Shown piece after piece: positions 30,150 to 39,184 of a stretch of 64,000 bases of DNA; position 1 is the stretch's first letter; each line of letters starts with the position of its first letter. A model generated the notes under the pieces. It worked only from the letters and a program-made list of their open reading frames with translations. It was not told the origin of the DNA and did no database searches. The position numbers were made by a program, and so were the translations under genes. The stretch comes from an uncultured Ruminococcus sp. (GTDB lineage: Bacteria; Bacillota; Clostridia; Oscillospirales; Ruminococcaceae): positions 77,846-141,845 of the forward strand of contig CAYXBP010000002.1 of NCBI GenBank assembly GCA_964463355.1, written 5' to 3'.

Positions 30150-32159
30150 TCATGATTTGGTCTTTGCTGCGGTTTTTTTACGAGTTGTTGTTTTGGCTGG
30201 TTTCACATCGGAAGCGTCCTGCGCTCCGTCGGTGGGTTTTGCTTTCGGCGTACGGGGTTTTCTTGGTTTGTAGTGATAATACTGCACCGAAAGCGGTGGC
30301 AAGGTCAGCGATACGCACTGATCGAAGCCGTGCATGGGTTCTTTTTGGGTTTTTGCAGTTGCGAGTGCTGCGCCACTGCCACCAAATTCCACCGCATCGG
30401 AGTCCATAACCAGACGGTAAGTACCTGCATATGGCACACCAATCTTATAATTCTCGCGCTGTACGGGCACAAAGTTGCACACTGCCACGATCTCATCGCC
30501 ACTGTCGTCAATTCTACGGAAAGCGATAACGCTTTGGCGGTAATCGTCGTTGCTGATCCACGAGAAGCCACCCCAGGAATCGTCATTCTGCCACAGCGGG
30601 GCAGTATTCAGGTAAAACCGATTCAACGCTTTGGAGTAGTCCAACATCTGTGCGTGGGCGGGATATTGCAGCAGCATCCAATCCAACTGTGTTTTGTAAT
30701 CCCACTCCTTCATCTGGGCAAATTCCTGCCCCATAAACAGCAGTTTCTTACCAGGATGCGCCATCATATAGGCAAGAAATGCACGGTAGGCAGCAAATTT
30801 TTGTTCATACTCGCCAGGCATTTTCTGAATCATGGAACATTTACCGTGTACGATCTCATCATGGGAAATGGGCAGCACATAATTCTCGGAGAAGCAATAG
30901 AAGAACGAGAAGGTCAGCTTATCGTGATTATACGCGCGGTACAGCGGATCCATGGAGGCATAGCAGAGCATATCATTCATCCAGCCCATGTTCCACTTAA
31001 AGTTGAAGCCCAATCCGCCGATATCGGTAGGCTTTGTCACCAGTGGCCAGGCGGTAGATTCCTCAGCGATCATCAGTACATCTGGGTGGCGGCCAAACGC
31101 CGTTTCGTTCAACTCCTTGAAGAAGGACACAGCCTCCAGATTCTCCTTGCCGCCGTTTTGATTCGGACGCCACTCACCATCTCTGCGATCGTAGTCGAGG
31201 TAGAGCATGGAAGCCACGGCATCCACACGCAGACCGTCGATATGGTAGGAATCCAACCAGAAGCAGGCAGAAGATATTAAGAATGACCGCACTTCCGGTC
31301 TGCCATAATCAAACACGCGCGTGCCCCAGCCCTTATGCTCCATTTTCAGAGGGTCGCCGTACTCATAGCAATAATTGCCATCAAACTCGCACAAGCCATG
31401 GGCATCCTTCGGAAAATGTGCGGGCACCCAATCCAGAATCACGCCGATGCCTGCCTGATGGAACAGATCCACCATTTGTCGGAAATCATCTGGTGTACCA
31501 AATCGGGAAGTAGGGGCAAAATACCCCACCACCTGATATCCCCAAGAGCCATCAAAGGGGTACTCTGTCAGGGGCATAAACTCAATGTGGGTATACGAGA
31601 GCGACTGCATATAGGGGATCATCTGCTTTGCAAATTCAACATAGGAAAGCGGGTTGCCGTCCTCATACATACGCCACGAATTAAGATGCACCTCATAGAT
31701 GTTCATAGGGCTTTTGTAGACATTCGTCTTGCGTTTTTTGGCAAACCACATGGCATCTTGCCATTCATATGCTGATTCATAGATGCGCGAAGCGGTCTGC
31801 GGCGCAGTTTCATAGTGCATAGCGTAGGGGTCAGATTTCATCAGCGTTCTGCCATCTTGCGTAGTAATGCAGTATTTATAAGCGGTATACTGGGGCAGTT
31901 GCTTGATTCTTGCGTACCAAATGCCGTTTGAAACCTGCTCCATGGGCAATTTGCCAGGCTGCCAGTCGTTAAACTCGCCCACCACGGAGATCGCTTTGGC
32001 ATGGGGTGCCCACACACGGAACACAGTATACGCGCCTCTCCCCTTTTTTTCGGTGTGCGAACCGAAGTACATCTGCGCATCAAAATTTCTGCCTTGATGA
32101 AACAGATGCAGCGGTACGGCATCGGCAGCAGGGGGAATGATCTTCTCATTTTCTTTCAT
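30150..32159 (-). CDS. glgB: 1,4-alpha-glucan branching enzyme with a Lys/Pro/Thr-rich C-terminal tail
   Basis: FRVWAPHAKAISVVGEFNDW and the GH13 core (GVILDWVPAHF, GLRVDAVASM, EESTAWP). Start trimmed to the ATG at 32159. Confidence 0.94.
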   Translation of the reverse strand: MKENEKIIPPAADAVPLHLFHQGRNFDAQMYFGSHTEKKGRGAYTVFRVWAPHAKAISVVGEFNDWQPGKLPMEQVSNGIWYARIKQLPQYTAYKYCITTQDGRTLMKSDPYAMHYETAPQTASRIYESAYEWQDAMWFAKKRKTNVYKSPMNIYEVHLNSWRMYEDGNPLSYVEFAKQMIPYMQSLSYTHIEFMPLTEYPFDGSWGYQVVGYFAPTSRFGTPDDFRQMVDLFHQAGIGVILDWVPAHFPKDAHGLCEFDGNYCYEYGDPLKMEHKGWGTRVFDYGRPEVRSFLISSACFWLDSYHIDGLRVDAVASMLYLDYDRRDGEWRPNQNGGKENLEAVSFFKELNETAFGRHPDVLMIAEESTAWPLVTKPTDIGGLGFNFKWNMGWMNDMLCYASMDPLYRAYNHDKLTFSFFYCFSENYVLPISHDEIVHGKCSMIQKMPGEYEQKFAAYRAFLAYMMAHPGKKLLFMGQEFAQMKEWDYKTQLDWMLLQYPAHAQMLDYSKALNRFYLNTAPLWQNDDSWGGFSWISNDDYRQSVIAFRRIDDSGDEIVAVCNFVPVQRENYKIGVPYAGTYRLVMDSDAVEFGGSGAALATAKTQKEPMHGFDQCVSLTLPPLSVQYYHYKPRKPRTPKAKPTDGAQDASDVKPAKTTTRKKTAAKTKS

Positions 32160-32255
32160 TTTCAGAAATCTCTCCTTATCGCCGCAGCGATCCAGCAATA
32201 CTGTAAAGAAGTATCCTGCCGCGGCGCTTGATTACAGGACATATATAGTTCATGA

Positions 32256-32308
32256 CAAAAACAGGATATGGTCAGTCTGTTTTTTCAAACGATACTACAC
32301 CATATCCT
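32256..32308 (-). terminator. Terminator-like hairpin between spoIIE and glgB
   Basis: On the minus strand, AGGATATGGT (32308-32299), a 26-nt loop, ACCATATCCT (32272-32263), then GTTTTTG. Confidence 0.45.
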
Positions 32309-32461
32309 ATTCTATCACAACTTGCGTTTGGTTGCAAGTATTTTGGGAAATCAAAATTAATTTTTACGATTCTCACGAAATTCGCCCTCCATATTTGTGC
32401 AACCTGCACAATCGCTTTTCAGGCGATTTTTGCAAAACCGTAAAATATCCACGAAGTAAGA

Positions 32462-34696
32462 TCACACCTTTATGGCGTCACAAAGGATATTTGCGGCGGC
32501 AACGGTTACATCATCTTTTGGGGCACCCATGGCATCGCGCTGTGCTTTGGCACAGACAGTATGGGCAAGCAATTGCAGATCCCCTCCCTGCATCAGCTGC
32601 TGCCGAATAAAGGGGTACAACGATTCATCCAATCCATCCGAGAGCAAAAACAGCATATCGCCGTGCTGCAAGCGAAACACCGTGGTATACGGCTCCGCTT
32701 TGGGCAAAATGCCAATGGGTGCGGTTGCCGCCTGACACAATGTCACGCGATCCCCATGGCGGATAAACGTAGGCCCTGCACCGTATTTGTAGAGCGTCAC
32801 CGCCGCTGTTTCTTCGCAAATTTTGGCAACATCCAGTGTTGCAAAGCGTTCCTCCCCCGATTTTGTCAGCATAATCGCATTGATCATCTGTGCAGCGGAA
32901 ACACAATCCATACCCGATTGCACCAATCTGCGGAAATTGCTTAGTACAATGCGCGCATCCACAGCGGCGTGCTTGCCCGTACCCATGCCATCAGAAAGCA
33001 CCAGATAGCGACTGCCGTTACCATCAGCAAAATAATCCCAGCCGTCGCCGCAAGGCTCGTCTTCGTGAACAGCGCACTGAGCGGCAGCAGTCACAATGCG
33101 ATAGTGTGGCAGTGTTTGCAGCATCAAACGATGATGTTCTCCTGCGGTATCTGGGCCAACAGCAGTCAGCGGGCGATGCAGTGCGTCAGAGAGGCATTCC
33201 GTAATGGCTTCAGCATCGGGGGCAAAACCCTTGGGGATATACAGTTCAATGGTTAGTGCGCGGCGATCGCTCCCCCATACGGCGGCGGCACGTAGCGGCA
33301 CGCCAAATCGTTCCAATGCATCCGTCACCAGACGAGTGGTTTCACCATTATACGATTGCTGCATCCGATCACTGGTATTATGCAGCAAATCTTCTGTCAC
33401 ACGCATCTGGTCAAACAGCATATTCTGCGATTCACGCAGACGCAATGCCATGGCACGGGCGGTGGCATTCTGCCGTTTCACCCGTTGAAATTCTTCCGTC
33501 ACACGCTCTGGCCTTAAGCAACCTTCAGGGCTGCTCAGCGTTTCAGTGATGCCTGCATCCTCCAAACGCTGAAAGCAGGCATTGGTATCGGCAAAAGCAC
33601 TCTCCCAACAGGTAGATTTGCTTCTGCACTTACCGCAAACGCTCTCACAAACACGTTCTGCTGCGCGTTGTGGGATATCCTTGGCAGCAAGCATATTTGC
33701 AATGCGTTCCGCCGATCCACGCACTCCAGCAATAGATTGCGACATAAACTCCATCCGCGCACCAGTCACGGCAGCAATGGCAGGGGCATCGCAAACGATC
33801 ACCAGCACACGGTCAAGATACTCCCACAATGGAACAAACAGAAACAGCATCCCCCCAATGAGATGATTCACCCATAGCAACACAACAGTACTGCTCGCGG
33901 CGGTAAGCATGGTACCTGCGCCGCTGATCGCACTGTAAACACTGTACATCGCGCCATTTTTGCGATGGGCGCAATAGCCTGCGGCTAGTCCAGCAAGCGG
34001 CAGCACTGCCGCCATACCAGCTCCATCAAAATCTACCAACAGTAACGCACACGCGTGAAGCGTACCGCAAAGCAAGCCACCCATGGCACGATATCGTTTT
34101 GCGACTGTCAGCAATATCAATGCCGAAAGCATCTCGCCAATACTGACCAAACCGATTCGTACAGCGCACAAAGCAGCCAACGTAACAATGTAGCAAATAG
34201 CAGCGGCAGGCGCATCCCCTGCATACAAACGCAGCGGAAACCCATCCTTACAGCGATGCCGCACAACCGCAGCAGCATATCCAAACACAGCCGCCGAAGC
34301 AATCTGCACAGGCAGCAGCAGCAAGCTGCCCGGGAGCATCTTCACCAGCGCAAAGGTCACAGCAGCGGCGGCGGTACCGCCCCCTGCAATCACCGCAGAA
34401 AGCACCGCACCACCACGATTTGCAAGCATCCAGCGCAACAGCACAGTCGCCACTAAGGCAGCCATCAGCCAAACGGTTTGCAGGAGCGTACCGCTGAAAC
34501 AGTACGCCAGTAAGCCACCAGCGAGAACCGCAGGAGCGTAAAAAGGAGACAGTGCCGCAGCTAGCCCGCAACAAAGCGGCAGAGGCACACCATTGAATCT
34601 TGCGGCAGCCAGCAAACAGGCTGCCACGGCGCAGGCAAGCAGAGCAAGGCAGCGCAGAAGTTGTGGTTTTTCGTGAATTTTTGCCATCGTGAGCAT
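32462..34696 (-). CDS. spoIIE: Stage II sporulation protein E (membrane PP2C phosphatase)
   Basis: About 10 N-terminal TM helices plus a C-terminal PP2C domain (LVLSDGMGTGKHAAVDA...LFLLSDGL). Confidence 0.9.
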   Translation of the reverse strand: MLTMAKIHEKPQLLRCLALLACAVAACLLAAARFNGVPLPLCCGLAAALSPFYAPAVLAGGLLAYCFSGTLLQTVWLMAALVATVLLRWMLANRGGAVLSAVIAGGGTAAAAVTFALVKMLPGSLLLLPVQIASAAVFGYAAAVVRHRCKDGFPLRLYAGDAPAAAICYIVTLAALCAVRIGLVSIGEMLSALILLTVAKRYRAMGGLLCGTLHACALLLVDFDGAGMAAVLPLAGLAAGYCAHRKNGAMYSVYSAISGAGTMLTAASSTVVLLWVNHLIGGMLFLFVPLWEYLDRVLVIVCDAPAIAAVTGARMEFMSQSIAGVRGSAERIANMLAAKDIPQRAAERVCESVCGKCRSKSTCWESAFADTNACFQRLEDAGITETLSSPEGCLRPERVTEEFQRVKRQNATARAMALRLRESQNMLFDQMRVTEDLLHNTSDRMQQSYNGETTRLVTDALERFGVPLRAAAVWGSDRRALTIELYIPKGFAPDAEAITECLSDALHRPLTAVGPDTAGEHHRLMLQTLPHYRIVTAAAQCAVHEDEPCGDGWDYFADGNGSRYLVLSDGMGTGKHAAVDARIVLSNFRRLVQSGMDCVSAAQMINAIMLTKSGEERFATLDVAKICEETAAVTLYKYGAGPTFIRHGDRVTLCQAATAPIGILPKAEPYTTVFRLQHGDMLFLLSDGLDESLYPFIRQQLMQGGDLQLLAHTVCAKAQRDAMGAPKDDVTVAAANILCDAIKV

Positions 34697-34892
34697 GGAT
34701 CGTCCTTCTTTCTTTCGGTATCGTATAGCACCTGCCTCACCGCCATCAGGAACCTGTCCTTTCTACAGATACTCCTGCGGCAGCCCGTGCAGATACACAT
34801 AGTATACCGCAGCTTAGGCGCAAAATTGGTCGAAACCCCGTACCCACGCCGCGATTTTTGAAAAAGCACGATTTTTTCACGCATCTTTTGCA

Positions 34893-34935
34893 ATAGAAAA
34901 AGAAACAGGGTATCTACCAAACTGGTAGATACCCC
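34893..34935 (-). terminator. Rho-independent terminator after rpmB
   Basis: 11-bp stem GGGTATCTACC (34908-34918) / GGTAGATACCC (34924-34934). On the minus strand it is followed by a T-rich run. Confidence 0.7.
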
Positions 34936-34991
34936 ATTACTCACATTGAAACCGTTTTCGGTAAATCAAGCATCGGTGCAGCCATGACGGC

Positions 34992-35183
34992 TCAGCCGAT
35001 CGCACGCTCTACCTTACCGGAGCGCAGACATCTGGAGCAAACATAGATGTGGCAGGGCGTACCCTTCACAATTGCCTTCACGCGTCTGACATTGGGCTTC
35101 CAGGTGCGATTGGTACGACGGTGAGAGTGAGACACCTGAATACCAAAGCTAACGCCCTTGCCGCAAACTTCGCATTTTGCCAT
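34992..35183 (-). CDS. rpmB: 50S ribosomal protein L28
   Basis: [37 protein letters not shown]... AAGGAGG RBS before the ATG at 35183. Confidence 0.95.
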   Translation of the reverse strand: MAKCEVCGKGVSFGIQVSHSHRRTNRTWKPNVRRVKAIVKGTPCHIYVCSRCLRSGKVERAIG

Positions 35184-35307
35184 AGCTGGCACCTCCTTTA
35201 CTGACAAATCAACAGTGTCTATTATAACAGATACGACGAAAAAAAGCAAGCGTTTTTTGAAATTTCTGAAAATTTATCAGATTTGACCGAAAAAATCGTT
35301 TTCAGAC

Positions 35308-35336
35308 TTGAAAAGAGCCGCAATTTATTGTATAAT
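35308..35336 (+). promoter_or_regulatory. Sigma-A-type promoter for the M50 protease/scpAB operon
   Basis: TTGAAA, 17 nt, TATAAT. Confidence 0.55.
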
Positions 35337-35382
35337 GAAGGGTGTATCGTTGTATTTTATCCCCTGAAAGGAGAACCTTACT

Positions 35383-36108
35383 ATGTTATCCCTGTTTCAA
35401 TTTGATCAGTATTCCATCCTACAAATATTCGTAAACCTGTTCGTCATTTTCATGATCCTGCCGCTGCACGAATACGCCCACGCATGGGCTGCCTGCAAGC
35501 TTGGCGATGATACTGCCACCTATCAAGGGCGCATGACGCTCAACCCCCTTGCACACATCGACCCAATGGGTATGCTCTGTATGCTGCTGTTCGGTTTCGG
35601 TTGGGCAAAGCCTGTGCCCATTGATCCAACACGATTCAACCGTAAGCACAGCATCCGCTTCGGCGTTGCGATGACTGCTCTTGCCGGTCCTATCAGCAAT
35701 CTCATCGCTGCATTGGTGGGTAAGATCATACTGCGATTCTACCAGTGCAGCCCCTACTTCACCGAATATATAGCGGAAAACCCCGATACAGAATTGTTGC
35801 TCAGATCCACTCCCCTGCTAATCTTCTACTTCTTGTATATTTTCGTATCCGTGAACATCGGACTTGCGGTATTTAATCTGCTGCCCATTCCGCCGTTGGA
35901 TGGCTCCAAAGTCATCGGTTATTTCACCAGTGCCAAGGTGGATCGCTGGTTTCAGCAAAACGCGCAGATCATCCACTTTGTTTTCCTGATTGTGCTATGC
36001 ACCGGCATCCTCAGCGAGCCAATTCAATTTGTAGCAAACCTAATCAATAAGCTGTTTGACCTGCTGACCATCTGGGTACCCATGCTCGGCGGCGTAATCT
36101 TTGGTTGA
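35383..36108 (+). CDS. Site-2 protease family (peptidase M50) membrane protein
   Basis: HEYAHAWAA (HExxH) and the NLLPIPPLDG motif, with multiple TM helices. Confidence 0.85.
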   Translation: MLSLFQFDQYSILQIFVNLFVIFMILPLHEYAHAWAACKLGDDTATYQGRMTLNPLAHIDPMGMLCMLLFGFGWAKPVPIDPTRFNRKHSIRFGVAMTALAGPISNLIAALVGKIILRFYQCSPYFTEYIAENPDTELLLRSTPLLIFYFLYIFVSVNIGLAVFNLLPIPPLDGSKVIGYFTSAKVDRWFQQNAQIIHFVFLIVLCTGILSEPIQFVANLINKLFDLLTIWVPMLGGVIFG

Positions 36109-36112
36109 TATT

Positions 36113-36856
36113 ATGCCAACATTATCCTTTCATCTGCCCATATTTGATGGGCCAATGGATCTGCTGCTGCATCTGATTGCCAAGCATAAGCTCAATATTA
36201 ATGATATCGAAATCTCCGTGCTGCTGGATCAATATTTGCTGTACATTGAACAGTGCGCCCAACAGGATTACGAACTGGCAGGCGAATTTTTGGAAATGGC
36301 CGCAAGACTCATCTGGATGAAAACTGTCTCGCTGCTGCCCGCCCCGGAAGAAGCTGCCGTTGCAAAAAAAGAACTGGAAGGCGCACTGATCGAATACTCG
36401 CTGTGCAAACGTACCGCCGAACTGCTGCGTGCGCAATATCTGGGCGATGTGCTTTTTGTACGCAAGCCAACTAAGCTCCCGATGGATATGACCTACCGCC
36501 GTCAGCATCCGCCCACCCTGCTGCTGGATATCTACCGTAATATGGGCTTGCGCAAACAGCCGCAAGGCGAGGAAGGTAAGCATCTGGGTGATAAAATCCA
36601 TGAGATGGTGCAGGCACATCACCATGTCACCAGCGTGTTTTCCAAAGTTGTATACATTTTACGGCAGTTTTTTGTTACCGATACTGTTGTGATCGCAGGA
36701 TTGTTTGACGATCTGCCCGAACGCACCGACCGTGTGGCAGTTTTTCTCGCCATACTGGAGCTAACCAAAGCAGGACGCATACTCATCAGCGATGACGGCA
36801 CTGCACTGACGATGCGCAATCGCGAACAACTTACGCGGCGCACCAAAAGGACATAA
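36113..36856 (+). CDS. scpA: Segregation and condensation protein A
   Basis: FDGPMDLLLHLIAKHKLNINDIEISVLLDQYL is typical ScpA. Confidence 0.9.
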   Translation: MPTLSFHLPIFDGPMDLLLHLIAKHKLNINDIEISVLLDQYLLYIEQCAQQDYELAGEFLEMAARLIWMKTVSLLPAPEEAAVAKKELEGALIEYSLCKRTAELLRAQYLGDVLFVRKPTKLPMDMTYRRQHPPTLLLDIYRNMGLRKQPQGEEGKHLGDKIHEMVQAHHHVTSVFSKVVYILRQFFVTDTVVIAGLFDDLPERTDRVAVFLAILELTKAGRILISDDGTALTMRNREQLTRRTKRT

Positions 36857-36913
36857 TCGCGCGATAGCATCCGCTATGGCAAGTGCATGAACAATCAACA
36901 AAAAGGAAGTGAA

Positions 36914-37540
36914 ATGATGCGAATTGAATGTGCATTGGGTGCGCTGGAAGCTGTACTGTTCGCTTCGGGAGAACCTGTGGAGATTCCACGACTTGCTGAG
37001 GCACTGCAAATCGACCACGACACCGTGCGCCGACTGGCAGATCTGCTGACCGAAGCGTACGACAAACGTGACAGCGGTTTGCAGCTGTTGACCCTTGATG
37101 GGACACTACAACTAACTACACGCAGCCAATATGCCGAGCAAATCCGTGCGGCGTTGGAGGTCAAGCGGAATGCCCCGCTTTCCAACGCCGCGCTGGAAAC
37201 CTTAACCATTATTGCGTACAATCAGCCTGTAACGAAGGGCTTTGTGGAGCGTGTGCGTGGTGTGGATAGCAGTTCGGTGGTGAATACGCTGGCAGAACGC
37301 GGTCTATTGGAGGAGGCAGGACGCATTGAAATCCCTGGTAGACCCGTGACTTACCGTACCACAGCTCAGTTTTTGCGATGTTTTGGTCTACATTCTCTGG
37401 CAGATTTGCCTCCACTGCCAAATGCCGAACAGCCGACTATGTTCGATATGCAGCTTACGGAGAACGAGGAGGATGCCATCGACATCACAGAGGAAACAGA
37501 GCCTGCCGAAGAGAATCTGGAAACCATTGAGCAGGAATGA
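36914..37540 (+). CDS. scpB: Segregation and condensation protein B
   Basis: LEAVLFASGEPVEIPRLAEAL...ETLTIIAYNQPVTKGFVERVRGV. The ATG at 36914 follows AAAGGAAG. Confidence 0.9.
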   Translation: MMRIECALGALEAVLFASGEPVEIPRLAEALQIDHDTVRRLADLLTEAYDKRDSGLQLLTLDGTLQLTTRSQYAEQIRAALEVKRNAPLSNAALETLTIIAYNQPVTKGFVERVRGVDSSSVVNTLAERGLLEEAGRIEIPGRPVTYRTTAQFLRCFGLHSLADLPPLPNAEQPTMFDMQLTENEEDAIDITEETEPAEENLETIEQE

Positions 37541-37663
37541 CATCCTCCCCCACCGAAAGATGTGGGGAAAAATTAGCCGTCCTTTTCAATATCTGCTCTT
37601 GCTTAGTATCGTTTCCAACTTTGCTAGTATATCGGATCGTTTTCATTCCCTGTCTGGTATCAT

Positions 37664-37692
37664 CTCCCGCCACTTGTGCGGGGGATTTTTTG
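37664..37692 (+). terminator. Probable terminator after scpB
   Basis: CCCGC...GCGGG hairpin followed by ATTTTTTG, about 125 nt after the scpB stop. Confidence 0.5.
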
Positions 37693-37850
37693 TTGTGTGA
37701 TCACTCCTCGTCCACGTAGAGGATCACTCCCGCAGATGCGGAGAAAAGTGAGCGCACGGAAAAAGTGATTGCCGATACAACCCTATGTATATTACTTTTC
37801 TCTGCTGATTTCAGCATTGTTTTTTCTGGTGTCGGGGCATCGGTGTGAGA

Positions 37851-38681
37851 TTACAGATAATCCTCCAGTTTGCGCAGCAGCGGCTCAAACAGCAGGCCTT
37901 CCTCCGCCGGCGCACCCTGATGCAGGGTGTATTGGGTCACAGCCGAAAGGAATCTGCCTGCGGTACTGACGGCATTGGGCAGCGCAGAACCTCTGGCAAG
38001 GGCGGCACATAGCACCGATGCGAACAGATCACCCGTGCCCGAAAACAAGCATTTGGTGCGGTGTACAGTATCAAAGGTATACTCGCCATCCATGTAGGTC
38101 ATGTTGCAGATGATATCTTCACGAACAATGCCTGTAATGACAATCGCTTTGCAACCCAATCTGGAAAGCTGCCCAGCCAGTGCAACGGCTTCAGCGGTGT
38201 GCAATGTTTCACCGTGATAGGGCGTATTAGTCAGCAAACAGGCTTCGGTGACATTCGGAGTGATGATATCCGCATAAGATACCAGTGTACGCATGGCGCG
38301 GCAAAGGGCAGGCGTATAAGTATCATAAAGCTTGCCGTTATCGCCCATAACAGTATCCAGCAGTACCGTGCAGTGAGGATTTCGCTTTTTTTGTGCGATA
38401 AAGAAATCCCGCACGGTATTCATTTGCCCCTCGGCACCTAAAAAACCGCTATAGATCATATCGAATTGCAGATCATGCCAGCTTTGCAAATAGGCCGGCA
38501 GAGCATCCGTCAGATCCGTAAAGGCATAGCCCGTAAAGCCAGTGTGCTTGGAAAGCACAGCGGTGGGTACAGGGCAAGCTTGTACACCCAGTACAGAAAG
38601 CACAGGCAGTGCAGTAGTCAGTGAGCAGCGTCCATAGCCTGAAAGATCATTGATGCAGGCAACACAGGGTAATCGTCCCAT
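37851..38681 (-). CDS. pdxK: Pyridoxal/pyridoxamine kinase (ribokinase superfamily)
   Basis: CINDLSGYGRCSLTTALPVLSVLGVQACPVPTAVLSKHTGF matches the Firmicutes pyridoxamine kinase pattern. Confidence 0.8.
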   Translation of the reverse strand: MGRLPCVACINDLSGYGRCSLTTALPVLSVLGVQACPVPTAVLSKHTGFTGYAFTDLTDALPAYLQSWHDLQFDMIYSGFLGAEGQMNTVRDFFIAQKKRNPHCTVLLDTVMGDNGKLYDTYTPALCRAMRTLVSYADIITPNVTEACLLTNTPYHGETLHTAEAVALAGQLSRLGCKAIVITGIVREDIICNMTYMDGEYTFDTVHRTKCLFSGTGDLFASVLCAALARGSALPNAVSTAGRFLSAVTQYTLHQGAPAEEGLLFEPLLRKLEDYL

Positions 38682-38705
38682 GGGATCTCATCTCCTTACC
38701 GAGTT

Positions 38706-38734
38706 ATTATAGCACACTGCACAGCGGATTGCAA
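38706..38734 (-). promoter_or_regulatory. Sigma-A-type promoter for pdxK
   Basis: On the minus strand, TTGCAA, 17 nt, TATAAT, with a TGc extension. Confidence 0.55.
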
Positions 38735-39098
38735 GGGGACAGATGCGCGTTTTTCATCTGTAACAGCGGCAAGCTTTCGGGAAAAATCACTAAAAATTGC
38801 GGCGCAATAAGATGATGTTGCTGCAATTTGTGGTATTTCAATTACCTTCACAAAACGTACACACACCAGTGATATAGTAGTATGCGTAGTGAGGGCACCC
38901 TGTGGCAAAAAAATGGGATTCGCCTCGTCTGCTTCGTTTTTGCAGTACGTTTTCCTGTTGACAGCGTGGTTTTTTGTTCGCTCTTTGCAGCATCCAGATG
39001 GGAAGTCGAAGGTGCTTGAATAATTGGGCGTGGAAGCGCATTTGGGCGCAAACGGACGGTTTTCTTCCATAATCCGCCAACGCTGGTTGTCAGCGGAT

Positions 39099-39128
39099 TT
39101 GCTGTCTGCAAACGGAATATGCTATCAT
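39099..39128 (+). promoter_or_regulatory. Candidate promoter for the fused ABC transporter gene
   Basis: TTGCTG, 18 nt, TATCAT, with a TGc extension. Confidence 0.4.
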
Positions 39129-39184
39129 ATATGGGCAATGCAGCGCAGATCAGCACTGCAATGATTAGAAAGGTCGTGTTTTAT

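Noticed and set aside
26017-31280. Plus-strand ORFs 26017..27006, 27055..27690, 28468..29337 and 30273..31280 opposite the glg genes, and 7130..8149 opposite the PPIase gene.
   Set aside because: All are antisense to strongly supported genes.
38696-39156. Three overlapping minus-strand ORFs in the pdxK-ABC spacer.
   Set aside because: They overlap each other in different frames, lie upstream of the pdxK promoter with no RBS, and have an implausible composition.
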